A stretch of 64,000 bases of DNA. It comes from Dehalococcoidia bacterium. Its GTDB lineage: Bacteria > Chloroflexota > Dehalococcoidia > Lucifugimonadales > UBA3495. The DNA lies in the NCBI GenBank assembly GCA_965237775.1, contig OZ250155.1:4948071-5012070 (forward strand), read 5' to 3'. Below, piece by piece: positions 47,996-57,378 of this stretch. The stretch's first letter is position 1, and every line of letters begins with the position of its first letter. The position numbers were made by a program, and so were the translations under genes. The notes below the pieces were generated by a model. The model was not told where the DNA came from. It did not search any database and saw only the letters and a program-made list of their open reading frames with translations.

Positions 47996-49630
47996 TTACG
48001 TCTCTTGTCTAAAGAGGAGCGTGACGTTGCCACGGCCCGGTTGAGTCAGAATTGCCCTGGCTGCTTCACGAGTTTGCGTGCTGCCGGGAACTCCGGTGAC
48101 GGTTACCAACTCAGGCTCGGCCAGTAGCCTCCCAACAGCGTGTCCAAACCCGGCGGCGAAGGTCCCGTGGACGGCGTGGGAGCCGGTGAACCGGGCAAGC
48201 GCCCTGCCCGCGGTCTCCCTGTTCCCCATTTCCCCGCCAATGGCCGACAACCGTAGAAAGAACAGCGCGGCCCTGGCATTCTGGGGCATCACGCCCACCG
48301 GGGTAGACAACCTCCCCGGCCCGGCCTCGCTGATATCGGCGATCCCGCCGTCGGGCAGCAGATGCCATTGCCTGATGGCATGTGCCAACTGTTCCGCCCG
48401 CTGGAGGTACACCTCTCCGCCAAGTATGGCGTAGGCGTCCAAGAGAGCCAGCCCGGTTTCCACGGAATCCACCAGAAGTCCAAGCGACTTTCCCCCGGTG
48501 TCCCGGTTGCCTTCCCAATAGTGGAACATCCGCCCGTCTTGGGCCCGCAGCCGCCGCCAGAGCGTTTCCAACACCCGCTTCGCCCGCTCCCTGCAAGCGG
48601 CGAGTCCCAGGAGCCACCAGGCGTCGAGGCACGCCGAGACCATGGCGGCGTTGGCGTCGCAATACACCAGCTCGTCTACAAGGGGACGGGTCTGCCGGTG
48701 GGTGGCCTCAGCTGAAACCGGGCTGTCGAAGGCAACGTAGTCCTGGCAACCCAGGTACGCCCCCGCCTCCTCATCGAACAAGTACGATTCGACGAATTCG
48801 AGGAGACCTTCAGCGTGGACCCGCCACTCGGCTTCTCCAGTTAGAAGGTAGGCATGGAGGTAATTCCGCAGTAGCGCCGCCTGGTCGTAGAGCAGTTTCT
48901 CCCGGTGAGGCTCGCTCCAGTCCGGTTTGGAAGAGTAGCGAAAGAACCCACCCAGAGGAGCATCGAACATCGGCCCGGCTCGTAGTTTGGTCAAGGTATG
49001 CAGGACGTGGTCCAGGTACTGCCGCTCGCCTGTGGCTTGGTACACGTAGAGGAAGAAATCATGGGCGTCGGTATGGAGGAATTTGAAACCGTCCCCGAAC
49101 CCGCCGTGAACAGGGTCGGCCAGACCCTCCACCAACCCCAGGACCTCGTAGAAGAGGGCTGGCCCGAGGGTATGGCCTCCCTCAGCGGCGGGGTCCGGCT
49201 CCCTCAGAGGTTGCGAATCCGGCGCCTCAGACTCGCCCCTGAGCAGGTCACCTTGCTGGTGCAACCGCACGACGCGGACCAATAATTCGACGAAGGGGTC
49301 GGGGTCCATGTAATTGACGCTAAAGAGATGGTCCCCGTCTGGGTTCAGGAAAGCGATGGTGGGCCAACCGTCCCGGTTGTAGCGCAGGTCCACGTCGGGC
49401 CGCTGCGATTCCTCTACGCGCACCGGCACGAGGAAGGCGTTCAGGAGGGCGATTGCCTCGGGGTCCGAGAGCGCGCCTTCGTCCATGCGCTGACAGAACC
49501 CGCACCAGAAGGCGGTTAGGAAGAGGGCCAGCGGCTTACCCTGCTCCCTGGCCTCCTGGAACGCTTCGTAGCCCCACTCGCGCCAACGCACCAAATGGGC
49601 CTGGTTGGACCCTGCGGAAAAACGGAACAT
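47996..49630 (-). CDS. thioredoxin-domain protein, DUF255/YyaL (N-acylglucosamine 2-epimerase-like) family
   Basis: WREWGYEAFQEAREQGKPLALFLTAFWCGFCQRMD, followed by a long alpha/alpha-toroid-like region (GGFGDGFKF, GGFFRYS). Confidence 0.8.
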   Translation of the reverse strand: MFRFSAGSNQAHLVRWREWGYEAFQEAREQGKPLALFLTAFWCGFCQRMDEGALSDPEAIALLNAFLVPVRVEESQRPDVDLRYNRDGWPTIAFLNPDGDHLFSVNYMDPDPFVELLVRVVRLHQQGDLLRGESEAPDSQPLREPDPAAEGGHTLGPALFYEVLGLVEGLADPVHGGFGDGFKFLHTDAHDFFLYVYQATGERQYLDHVLHTLTKLRAGPMFDAPLGGFFRYSSKPDWSEPHREKLLYDQAALLRNYLHAYLLTGEAEWRVHAEGLLEFVESYLFDEEAGAYLGCQDYVAFDSPVSAEATHRQTRPLVDELVYCDANAAMVSACLDAWWLLGLAACRERAKRVLETLWRRLRAQDGRMFHYWEGNRDTGGKSLGLLVDSVETGLALLDAYAILGGEVYLQRAEQLAHAIRQWHLLPDGGIADISEAGPGRLSTPVGVMPQNARAALFFLRLSAIGGEMGNRETAGRALARFTGSHAVHGTFAAGFGHAVGRLLAEPELVTVTGVPGSTQTREAARAILTQPGRGNVTLLFRQET

Positions 49631-49652
49631 CAGCCATCAGCCATCAGCCATC
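49628..49652. repeat. heptanucleotide tandem repeat spanning the start codon of the DUF255 gene
   Basis: CATCAGC x3 followed by CATC. On the coding strand this reads GATGGCTGATGGCTGATGGCTGATG, which gives four ATGs 7 nt apart. The last is the ORF start at 49630. Confidence 0.75.
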
Positions 49653-49874
49653 GAGTCTTTGAGGTAGCGCGCATTTCTTTCATTGCGCCGTCCTGCCCTG
49701 TCGAACAGCATACGGAAGGTTACGCTCTAGTATAGCCTCGTAAAGGCGAGTGCGAATTCGACAATTGGACGAGCTCCAACGGTCTTCGCCTCCAGAATAC
49801 TCAATCATCGGTTAACTCGAGCTAGATCATCCCAGAGCAAAGGGGTGCAATCCAAATCGGTGATGCTCGAAAGC

Positions 49875-49917
49875 CCGATTTCAGCTCCAACCTCCCACTG
49901 CACGGAGCTGAAATCGG
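49875..49917. other. perfect 14-bp inverted repeat (hairpin) upstream of the tRNA-Ser fragment
   Basis: CCGATTTCAGCTCC, a 15-nt loop, then GGAGCTGAAATCGG. Confidence 0.7.
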
Positions 49918-49940
49918 TAATACAATAGAAAGTGCCCTTC

Positions 49941-49988
49941 GGAGGGATGGCAGAGCGGACGAATGCGCCGGTCTTGAAAACCGGTGAC
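49941..49988 (+). tRNA. tRNA-Ser (anticodon UGA), 5' fragment only (truncated)
   Basis: GGAGGGA-TG-GCAGAGCGGACGAATGC-G-CCGGT-CTTGAAA-ACCGG gives the acceptor 5' strand, a class-II-type D-arm and a complete anticodon stem-loop (UGA). No variable arm, T-arm (GGTTCGAATCC-like) or TCCCTCC acceptor 3' strand follows. Downstream the sequence turns abruptly AT-rich. Confidence 0.55.
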
Positions 49989-50788
49989 ATAGATTAAAAA
50001 GAGAGAGACTGAATGTAATTTAACGCAGATTTGAGCGGAATCTACGGCGACCACAGCCCTCATTGGCAATCGGATTCAATAGAACGAAATGAAAAGGATT
50101 TACAAATTGTGGTAGCCCACAGATCAAATGACGATCCGACGTGACAGGCGCTCCATCGCAACTTGACGCCCCCACTCCTCGTAGTTCCGTCCTGGAAACT
50201 GCTTAATAGCATGGACCTGCAGTAACTGGCCCTGGCAGCTTGTCGGGTCAATTGAGGCTGGTGAGTCGCACCACAAGCGTCCGCGTTGCAGCCATCCTCC
50301 ACCACCGGAATGCCGAGACCCGGCATACTCAGTGTTCCCTCACGGACTCCCACAGAGTCTGGGAACCGACCCCCTGGGACTTCCGGCATATCTTGCACTT
50401 CCACTCAACTCCTGGGGCGACTTTATGGGGTTAGTGAGCCCGCATCTGCTACTTCTCGCCTCTTCGTCACCTCCCGCTCCTCCTCCATTTGCCGTGCCCT
50501 CGTCTCGACGGTCTCCCGGTCATGCCACCAAATGCTGACGCGCAATGCCGGGCTGCATCCCTTGAGTGCGCCTTATGGTTCCGTTGTGAGTTCCTGGCTG
50601 TCGTGAATTCCTTTCCCAAAACTCGTCGCCGGTGCACCCGGCTTTGGACCTTGACCGGAGCATGTGCACCTGTTCGGGATGATTACCGGGGCTCAAGGAC
50701 ATGGTTGAGCTAGCGGATTCCTACTTCGTCTCCCACCGATAGCGATACTGGCTTACTCCAGCTCTCAACGGGTCCCTCTCCTGGAGTC

Positions 50789-50827
50789 CTCTGCCACACT
50801 ATCCGCACTGGGGATAGTGTGGCAGAG
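50789..50827. other. perfect 16-bp inverted repeat (hairpin)
   Basis: CTCTGCCACACTATCC, loop GCACTGG, then GGATAGTGTGGCAGAG. No flanking T-run on either strand. Confidence 0.7.
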
Positions 50828-51277
50828 AGACGTCTCCTCTCCTCTTGCACCCAAGGACAGAACTCTGGGTTGACGCAAATCCGTGACGTTGTGCTTGCCG
50901 AAATGACCCTCTCAGTGGACGCGGGCAACACGCTCGAGTGGGCATCACCTCACTGGTGGATGGATTCCAGCCCTAGTACTCAGTCAACATGGTTTCAGCA
51001 ATTGTTTAATAAAGGGGCCAATTAAGCTATCGTGCATGGTGGAAAGTGTTGATGGCGGGGGTGGCAGTGATGGTCAGGGACAAGTACGCAGTGCGGCTGC
51101 AGCCGGAACAACGGGAAGAACTCCAGCATTTGATTCGGGTCGGCAAAAGCTCGGCCCGAGTGACCGCCCGAGCGCGGATTCTGCTCAAGAGCGACGACGG
51201 TTGGGCAGCTCCCCAGGTGGCGGAAGCCCTGGATGTGGCGCTGGGCGCCGTATACCGGGTCAAGCAGCGCTTTGCCG

Positions 51278-52709
51278 GTAAGTGTTCAGAGTTGAGGGGA
51301 AGTGAGCAACTGGCGGCATGCGGTGAGGGGATTCAATCCTCGGGCGCGCCAGGTACCGAAGAGGGAAGCGAGAGCCATCTTGGTGTTGGTGCCCTGGGTT
51401 GAGCGGGTGCCGCCGCTGATCTTGCGGCTGGTCACCAGGTGACGAAGGCTCCTCTCGGCGGCGTTGTTCTCCGAGGGGACGGCCGGTTCGGCTACGAATA
51501 CGAACAACTCCTTGATGAAGCGCTGGATGCGCCGGCAGAGCTTGGCCTGGACTGCCCCTGGGTCATCAAGGAAGGGTCGGCAGCAGGCCAACAATTTCCG
51601 CTCCAACTCCAGTTGGGCCTGACGGCGTTTCCTTGCCTGAGGATGGGAGAACCGCTTGGCCTGGGCGTAGAGGTCATGCACTGCCGCCGCCCATCCGGCC
51701 AGCTTGGCGTCTGCTGGGTAGAGGGCCTTCAGGTCATGGATGTCCCGGAGCAGATGAGCCCAACACCGCTGCTTCAGGCCAGGGTAGTGGTTATAGGCAG
51801 CGTAGAAATCGCTGACCAACACCCCGCTGAAGGACTCCCCCAGCGCCTCGTCCACCACCTCCTTATTCCGGCCTCGGCGCAGGAAGTACCGCTCAGTGGG
51901 AGTGGAGAAGGTCCAGACATAGCCATTGGCCGCCTCCTGGCGCCAGCCGGTCTCGTCGGCGTGCACCACCTGGCTGGTCCGGACTAGTTCCAGCACCTCG
52001 GCCACCGCCGGTTGGGCTTGCCGGGCCACGCCGTGGAGGACCTGGGTGATTCCCCCAACGCTCAAGCGCAACTGGTGGACGGTCTCCAGATACCATTGGA
52101 TGGTCCGAAGGGGCAACCGGCCCTCTTCCCGCAGGCCAGCGATCAATGAGACCAAGTTGGCTCCCAACCGTCCCCGACCGATTACCCCACCGCCCAAGTC
52201 CGTCTTGGGGGTCCGGCGCCGTTCACATACTGGGCAGACCCGGGTCACGAAAACGTGCTCCGTGACCTCCACCGGAGCCACTGGGATATCGATGACTTCC
52301 CGAGTCCGCTGCGGCCAACCCCCAACCAACCCGGTGCCACACTCCGGACAGGAGTCCAAGACATGTTCCACCTGGTGAGCCGCCACCGTGCGCCGACGGC
52401 TAAAGCCGTGGGGCCGGGGCTTTCTTGGCTCCTTCTTCTCGGCCGGCTCTGACTTTGCACCCGGTTTGTTGCCCGGCATTCCGGGCCGCCCTTTGCCCTT
52501 GAGACCCCCTTCCAACGCCGCTATCCGCCGCTGCAACTCGTCGATGACCGCCTGCTGCCGCGCAATCACCGCCAACAGCGCCTCCCGGCTGGCCGTCCTC
52601 AGGTCTACCTTGTTCTCCATCCTCCTGATTTAACATAACCGACGACCCGACGCACCGAACTTCCCAAGCAAGTTTTAACTAATCCATCCCCTCAACTCTG
52701 AACAGTTAC
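51278..52709 (-). mobile_element. IS66-family insertion sequence, copy 3
   Basis: 1,432 bp. Perfect 8-bp duplication CTTTGCCG at 51270-51277 and 52710-52717. Confidence 0.9.
51286..52620 (-). CDS. IS66 family transposase
   Basis: 444-aa product that differs from copies 1 and 2 at one residue (RQEAANGYVW versus RQEGANGYVW). Confidence 0.9.
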   Translation of the reverse strand: MENKVDLRTASREALLAVIARQQAVIDELQRRIAALEGGLKGKGRPGMPGNKPGAKSEPAEKKEPRKPRPHGFSRRRTVAAHQVEHVLDSCPECGTGLVGGWPQRTREVIDIPVAPVEVTEHVFVTRVCPVCERRRTPKTDLGGGVIGRGRLGANLVSLIAGLREEGRLPLRTIQWYLETVHQLRLSVGGITQVLHGVARQAQPAVAEVLELVRTSQVVHADETGWRQEAANGYVWTFSTPTERYFLRRGRNKEVVDEALGESFSGVLVSDFYAAYNHYPGLKQRCWAHLLRDIHDLKALYPADAKLAGWAAAVHDLYAQAKRFSHPQARKRRQAQLELERKLLACCRPFLDDPGAVQAKLCRRIQRFIKELFVFVAEPAVPSENNAAERSLRHLVTSRKISGGTRSTQGTNTKMALASLFGTWRARGLNPLTACRQLLTSPQL

Positions 52710-53629
52710 CTTTGCCGGGGAAGGGTTGGCGGGGGCCCTGCGGGACCGGCCCCAGGCCAACCGGCATCGGAAGTTGGATGACCGGGGCGAGGCGCACCTG
52801 GTCGCCTTGGCCTGCAGCCCAGCGCCCGAGGGCCATGACCACTGGACCCTGCGCCTGCTGGCCGGGAAGGTGGTGGAGTTGGGGTTGGCGTCCTCCATTT
52901 CCCATGAGGGAGTGCGTAAGCGGCTCAAAAAACGCTCTCAAGCCGTGGCAGAAGAAGGAGTGGTGCATCCCCAAGGTGAGCGCCGAGTTCGTGGCCAACA
53001 TGGAGGACGTGCTGGACCTGTACGCCGAACCGTATGACCCCCAAAGGCCGGTAGTCTGCTTTGACGAGACATCCACCCAGTTGTTGGCGGAGACGCGGCT
53101 GCCTCTCCCGCCTCAACCGGGACGGCCAAGGCGTGAGGGCTACGAGTACCGCCGGGAGGGAACGCGCAACCTGTTCCTGGCTTGCGAGCCGTTGACGGGC
53201 TGGCGGCAGGTGGCGGTGACCCAGCGGCGCACCATGCAAGACTTCGCCCATCAGATGCGGTGGCTGGTGGATGAGGCCTACCCGGAGACTCCAGTGGTGC
53301 GCGTGGTCATGGACAACCTGAACACTCATCGCCGGGCATCGCTGTACGAGACTTTCCCGGCTGAGGAAGCCCGGAGGATTGCCAGGCGGCTGGAGTTTCA
53401 CTACACCCCAAGCACGGGAGTTGGTTGAACATGGCCGAGATTGAGTTCAGCGTCCTGTCCCGCTCCTGCCTGAAGCAGCGGCTCTCCGGCGAAGTGGCCC
53501 TCAGAAGGGAAGTCGATGCTCTGGTCACGGAGCGCAACGCCGCCAGAGCCGCCATCAACTGGCGGTTCAATACCCAGAATGCCCGAACCAAACTTCACCG
53601 CCTTTACCCTTCCGATTTTACGGTTGACT

Positions 53630-55379
53630 ATCGAGTAACTGAGGTTTTCACGCGCTGGTCGTGGCTGTTGCCAAGGGCAGATCAAGGGCCTGGGTTGGGC
53701 TATCGGATACCGGGACCAGTTCGTAGCCCAGCTGCGCCGCCCTCCTTTTTGCTGCCCGCAGCGCTCTTTCAGCGCTCTTTCATGGTACTGGCTTTCATAG
53801 TATTCCGCGCCGGCATCCACGTATTGCTGCCCGTAGCGCAGCATGGCGTAGATGATTCTGGCAAGCTTGTGGGCAGTGGCCGTGATGGCCTTGGGCGCTC
53901 CCAACTGCGCCTTCTTCCGACGCAGGAAAGCTCCCAGCGCGCTGTGGGAGCGGTACAGCGCGTTGGCCGCCAGCCGCAGCGCGTTGGCCGCCAGCCGCAG
54001 CGCCTTGGCTGCCCGGTTGGCGCTGGGCTTAGTTCGGGAGCTGATGACCTTGCCTCCGGTTACCCGGTTGTTGGGACTCAAACCCAGCCATGAGGCGAAA
54101 TGCTTGGCCGTCGGCCACCTGGTCATATCGGTGCCTACCTAGCCGATCACCTTCAGCGCCGTGTAAGCGTCCACGCCGTTGATCCGGGTCAGGTCCACTC
54201 CGGTCATCCGGTACAGGTGGCTGCGGACGTCAAAGCGCGGCGCGTTCCCCTGGATGTGGTTCTTCCTCGGCTGCTCTCCTGGTGGAGCGCCCCCGCTGCG
54301 GTCGGCAAACCGCCCCATGTGAGCTTCAATCTCCCGGTCGCACTCGGCAATCTTGGACTGATACACCCGGTAGAGCTCCAGGGCCTGGGTCAGCTCGAAG
54401 ATGTGCTCCTCCCGCCAGTGTCCCTCAAGGGACCGGGCTATGGCCGCCTCGTCAGCTTTGGTTCTGGGGTCGCGGAGTTGCGCCAACTTTCGCGGGTCTC
54501 GCTCGCCGCCCACAATGGCTTCGACGATGGTCATCCCGGTCTTGCCGGTGATGTCGCTGATGTCGCTGATCACCTGGTGCAGCTTCACGTTCATCTGGGT
54601 CAGCGCCTTCTGCATGTGCTGGACATACTGGGCCGCGTACTCCACCAGCATCGCCCGCTGCCGCAGATAGCTTCTCAGCCGCCGGATGTCGGCCTCGGGC
54701 CGGAAGGCCGCCGACAGCAGTCCGTAGGTGTGGAGTTGTTGCAGCCATTGGCAGTCCAGCACGTCGCTCTTGCGTCCGGGCACGTTCTTGATGCGCCGTG
54801 GGTCCACTAGCATCACCTGGACCCCCCCTCTTCCAGGACTCCGAAGAGTGGTATCCAGTAAACTCCAGTGGACTCCATGGCCACGGTCTCCACCCCGCAC
54901 TCCTCCAGCCAGCCGGCCAGGCGATACAGATCCGCCGTGAAGGAGGCATACTCGTGCACTGGTTGTGGGCAGCGGCTTTCGGGCACTGCCACGAAGTGGC
55001 TGCTGGCGCCCACGTCCACTCCTGCCGCGTTCAGATTCACCCGGGACAGTTCCGCAGGCAGACTCTCCCTCCTGCTGGAGGCCTTGACCGCCGACTTGGC
55101 CCTGCTCTTGTACGTGCTCATCGTCGTGTCCGCCATTGCCGTGTAGACGTGTCGCCAGGGGGTGCCACCGGCAAGTCACAATCTATCGAACGGGAGCGCC
55201 ACAAAGGGGCGTCACCAATGATGCAGCCGTAGGACACCCGGACCATGCTGACTATCGGACAATTTGCACCACTGTCAATTCGGCCTTATCCTGGCCGGCA
55301 CGCCTCGCAACGATCTTACCTGACCGGTGTCCCAGCCAGTTACTCCCCTCTGCACGGCCCGGTTTCGGGCGTAACAATG
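53630..55379 (-). mobile_element. IS110-family-like element inserted in the terminal inverted repeat of IS630 type B copy 2
   Basis: About 1.75 kb separates the two halves of the GTTGACTGAGTAC repeat, with a 2-nt (CT) junction ambiguity. No terminal inverted repeats were seen, as expected for IS110-type elements. Confidence 0.6.
53648..55136 (-). pseudogene. IS110 family transposase (frameshifts plus in-frame TAG)
   Basis: The N-terminal DEDD-type part is ORF 54813-55136 (AAGVDVGASSHFVAV..VAMESTGVYWIPLF). It shifts at a G7 run on the coding strand (C7 at 54822-54828) to ..VQVMLVDPRRIKN..KSDVLDCQWL... An in-frame TAG at 54139-54141 gives ..ALKVIG*VGTDMTRWPTAKHFASWLGLSP... A 21-bp internal tandem duplication encodes LRLAANA x2. 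The C-terminal ..AAQLGYELVP.. is in yet another frame, with a stop at 53648-53650. Confidence 0.65.
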
Positions 55380-55801
55380 CTGAGTACTAGCGCGACGTGA
55401 TTCAATATCGTAGTGTCAAGTTCGTTTTACTGAGAAACTCCTCGACCGTCATCCTATTCTTGGGCATCCACTTCGTTTGACCACTGTTCGAGCCCCCTCG
55501 TTGAGAAAGTAACGACCAAAAACGCGGACATCGCTCGTCTTGCTTGCCCTGTATATCTCATATAGCCATCGAATCAAAGATCGGAATGACTCGGGTTCTT
55601 CCGAGTAGCTCACGCGTTCTGCATTCCGGGCCGGCCCGGAAGATTCCCACTTGGAAGGTCTGAGTCTCCGCCTTTTCTGCCCGGAACATGGCGATTGCCC
55701 GATCCAACTCTGGTGAGGCCATAACCTAAACCCCGCTCAAGAATTTCATCGTTGCAAGATGCCGCTGCTGGGGCGCCTCGGCCGACTTACCTGAGACGGC
55801 G

Positions 55802-56827
55802 CTATCCCGGCAGCTCCACGATAGATATCCAGCACGGCCCGTTACCCAATGGGACTGTCTCCGACAAGGTTAGCGAGCCGGAATCGGGATTGACGCTGAA
55901 TATGGCCATCTGGCCCGAATCCTGGCCGGCCGAGTAGATGTACCGGTCCCCGGGGCCAAGGCACAGCGCGTTGGGTCTTGCCTCTGAAGAAACGATGCCG
56001 TTGGAGGCCAATTCGCCGGTGCTAGTGTCCACCGTGTAACAGGCGATGCTGTCATGGCCCCGGTTGGGCGCGTAAAGAAACCCGCCTGCCCCGGTGATCT
56101 GAATCTGGGAGCAGGTGTTCCTCTCGTCAAAGCCTTCTGGAGGAAGAGTGGTAATGGTCTGGAAGATCGATAGCGTTCCCGCCGCGGTGTCAAGGCGGTA
56201 GCCGCTCACGCTGGACCCCTGCTCGTTGGAGAAGTAGAGGACGTCCAGGGAAGGATGAAAGCAGAAGTGACGAGGCCCCAGGAATTCCTCCAGTTCCACC
56301 ATCGCCGGAGAGTTGGGAGTGATATGGCCCGTGTCCTGGTCGAACTTGAATTGCCAGATCTGGTTGGGGCCGTTTCCCGCGATGTGAGGAACGAAAGCGT
56401 AGCTGTTGGTCGGGTCGGTCTGCATCGCGTGAGCCCCGGTCGCCGTTTCCAGCAATACGACTGTGACCCCTCCCACCGACCCGTCGTACCCGATGGGGTG
56501 CACAGCCACGCGTGCTCCCTGGTAATAAGATGACAGCACGAACCTGCCCCTCCGGTCCGTGTTGACGTAGACCGGCCACGAGTCCAGCGGCACCGTCCCC
56601 GTCTGCGTGAGGCCTCCGTCGGACTGATCGATCCTGAAGCTGGTCAGCTGAGGGGTTTCCCGGGTTCCGCAATACAGGTGATTGCGGTCGGGACTGACCG
56701 CCAGGGTGAACGGCCCGCCGGGGACAGCCACGTCGCGCTGGTGCGTGAGACCTCCGCTTTCGGGGTCCATGGTAAAGACCAAAATCTTGTTGTCCTCGTT
56801 CACGGTAACATACATGTAGTAGGGCAT
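55802..56827 (-). CDS. lactonase family protein (6-phosphogluconolactonase-like 7-bladed propeller)
   Basis: MYVTVNEDNKILVFTMDPESGGLT.., repeated blade-like units, GPRHFCFHPSLDVLYFSNEQGSSVSGYRLD, NRGHDSIACYTVD. Confidence 0.8.
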   Translation of the reverse strand: MPYYMYVTVNEDNKILVFTMDPESGGLTHQRDVAVPGGPFTLAVSPDRNHLYCGTRETPQLTSFRIDQSDGGLTQTGTVPLDSWPVYVNTDRRGRFVLSSYYQGARVAVHPIGYDGSVGGVTVVLLETATGAHAMQTDPTNSYAFVPHIAGNGPNQIWQFKFDQDTGHITPNSPAMVELEEFLGPRHFCFHPSLDVLYFSNEQGSSVSGYRLDTAAGTLSIFQTITTLPPEGFDERNTCSQIQITGAGGFLYAPNRGHDSIACYTVDTSTGELASNGIVSSEARPNALCLGPGDRYIYSAGQDSGQMAIFSVNPDSGSLTLSETVPLGNGPCWISIVELPG

Positions 56828-56829
56828 AA

Positions 56830-57250
56830 TTCCCTCCTTAAATGGTCAGCGAAGCGAGAAACTCCCGTGTCGGTTGGGTGCACCACTCCGGTGGATGGCG
56901 TTGATGCCGTGGCCCAGGCCGGGACAGACCGCCAGCCGGCAATCGGGCAACTGCTCGGCCATGAACCGCTGTGCTGATCCAGGGTCGAGGTGGGCGATTC
57001 CTCTCCCACCAGAAGCAGCGTCGGAGTTTCGACCTTCTTCAGGTAGGGGCTGAAGTCCAGCGTATCGAGGTATGCCTGGAGGCTCCGCCCGATGGAGGAA
57101 GACATCCGGTCCATTTCGGAAATGTACCAGTCATGCACGTCACGGGCGCGTTCGACGGGCCGGATACCAATATTCCTGGTAGTCGGTGGGCGGTATGCGG
57201 CTGCGACGGTGCAGGGGGTCGGCCGGCACCTCAAAGGGAGGAGGACCGTC
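56830..57250 (-). pseudogene. alpha/beta-hydrolase C-terminal remnant (multiple frameshifts)
   Basis: Pieces in three frames: ..LDFSPYLKKVETPTLLLVGEESP.., ..AQRFMAEQLPDCRLAVCPGLGHGINA.., and ..PPEWCTQPTREFLASLTI*. No matching N-terminal nucleophile region was found upstream. Confidence 0.4.
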
Positions 57251-57378
57251 GACGGCCTGAGTCCTCCGACGCGGGTGTTTGTAGCCTCCAGGATAGCCGG
57301 ACAACAGCTTGGACATCAACTTTCCGATCCCCATACGTCCACTTTCTTGCTGGACTGGTGTTCCTTCCGGTGTTGTCG

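Larger units (their letters stand above)
51046..53629 (+). pseudogene. IS630 family transposase of copy 2 (multiply disrupted)
   Basis: The HTH part (..MVRDKYAVRLQPEQREELQHL..VYRVKQRFAG) is cut by IS66 copy 3 and resumes at 52710. It has an A6 run (52927-52932) where copy 1 has A7, and a C4 run (53406-53409) where copy 1 has C5, giving ..HYTPSTGVG*. The natural TGA inside the right inverted repeat is destroyed by the IS110-like insertion. Confidence 0.7.
50976..55387 (+). mobile_element. IS630-family (type B) copy 2, a composite carrying nested IS66-family and IS110-like insertions
   Basis: Left end is TA/GTACTCAGTCAAC at 50974-50988. The right inverted repeat is split: GTTGACT at 53623-53629 and (CT)GAGTAC/TA at 55380-55389. 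The interior is collinear with copy 1 (32703-33947) apart from the insertions. Confidence 0.7.

Noticed and set aside
50060-50702. Degenerate tyrosine-integrase remnant next to the tRNA-Ser fragment (HMLRS.. and ..TTRSGGVKLRWS.. resemble box II and box I).
   Set aside because: On the minus strand the box II-like piece lies upstream of the box I-like piece, which is the wrong order. The matches are only a few residues long, so there is not enough support.
55400-55740. Short minus-strand ORFs (MASPELDRAIAMFRAEKAE.. of 54 aa; VSYSEEPESFRSLIRWLYEIYRASKTSDVRVFGRYFLNEG.. of 56 aa) that might be a small toxin-antitoxin pair or a gene remnant.
   Set aside because: All are below 60 aa, overlap in different frames, and match no motif I can name.
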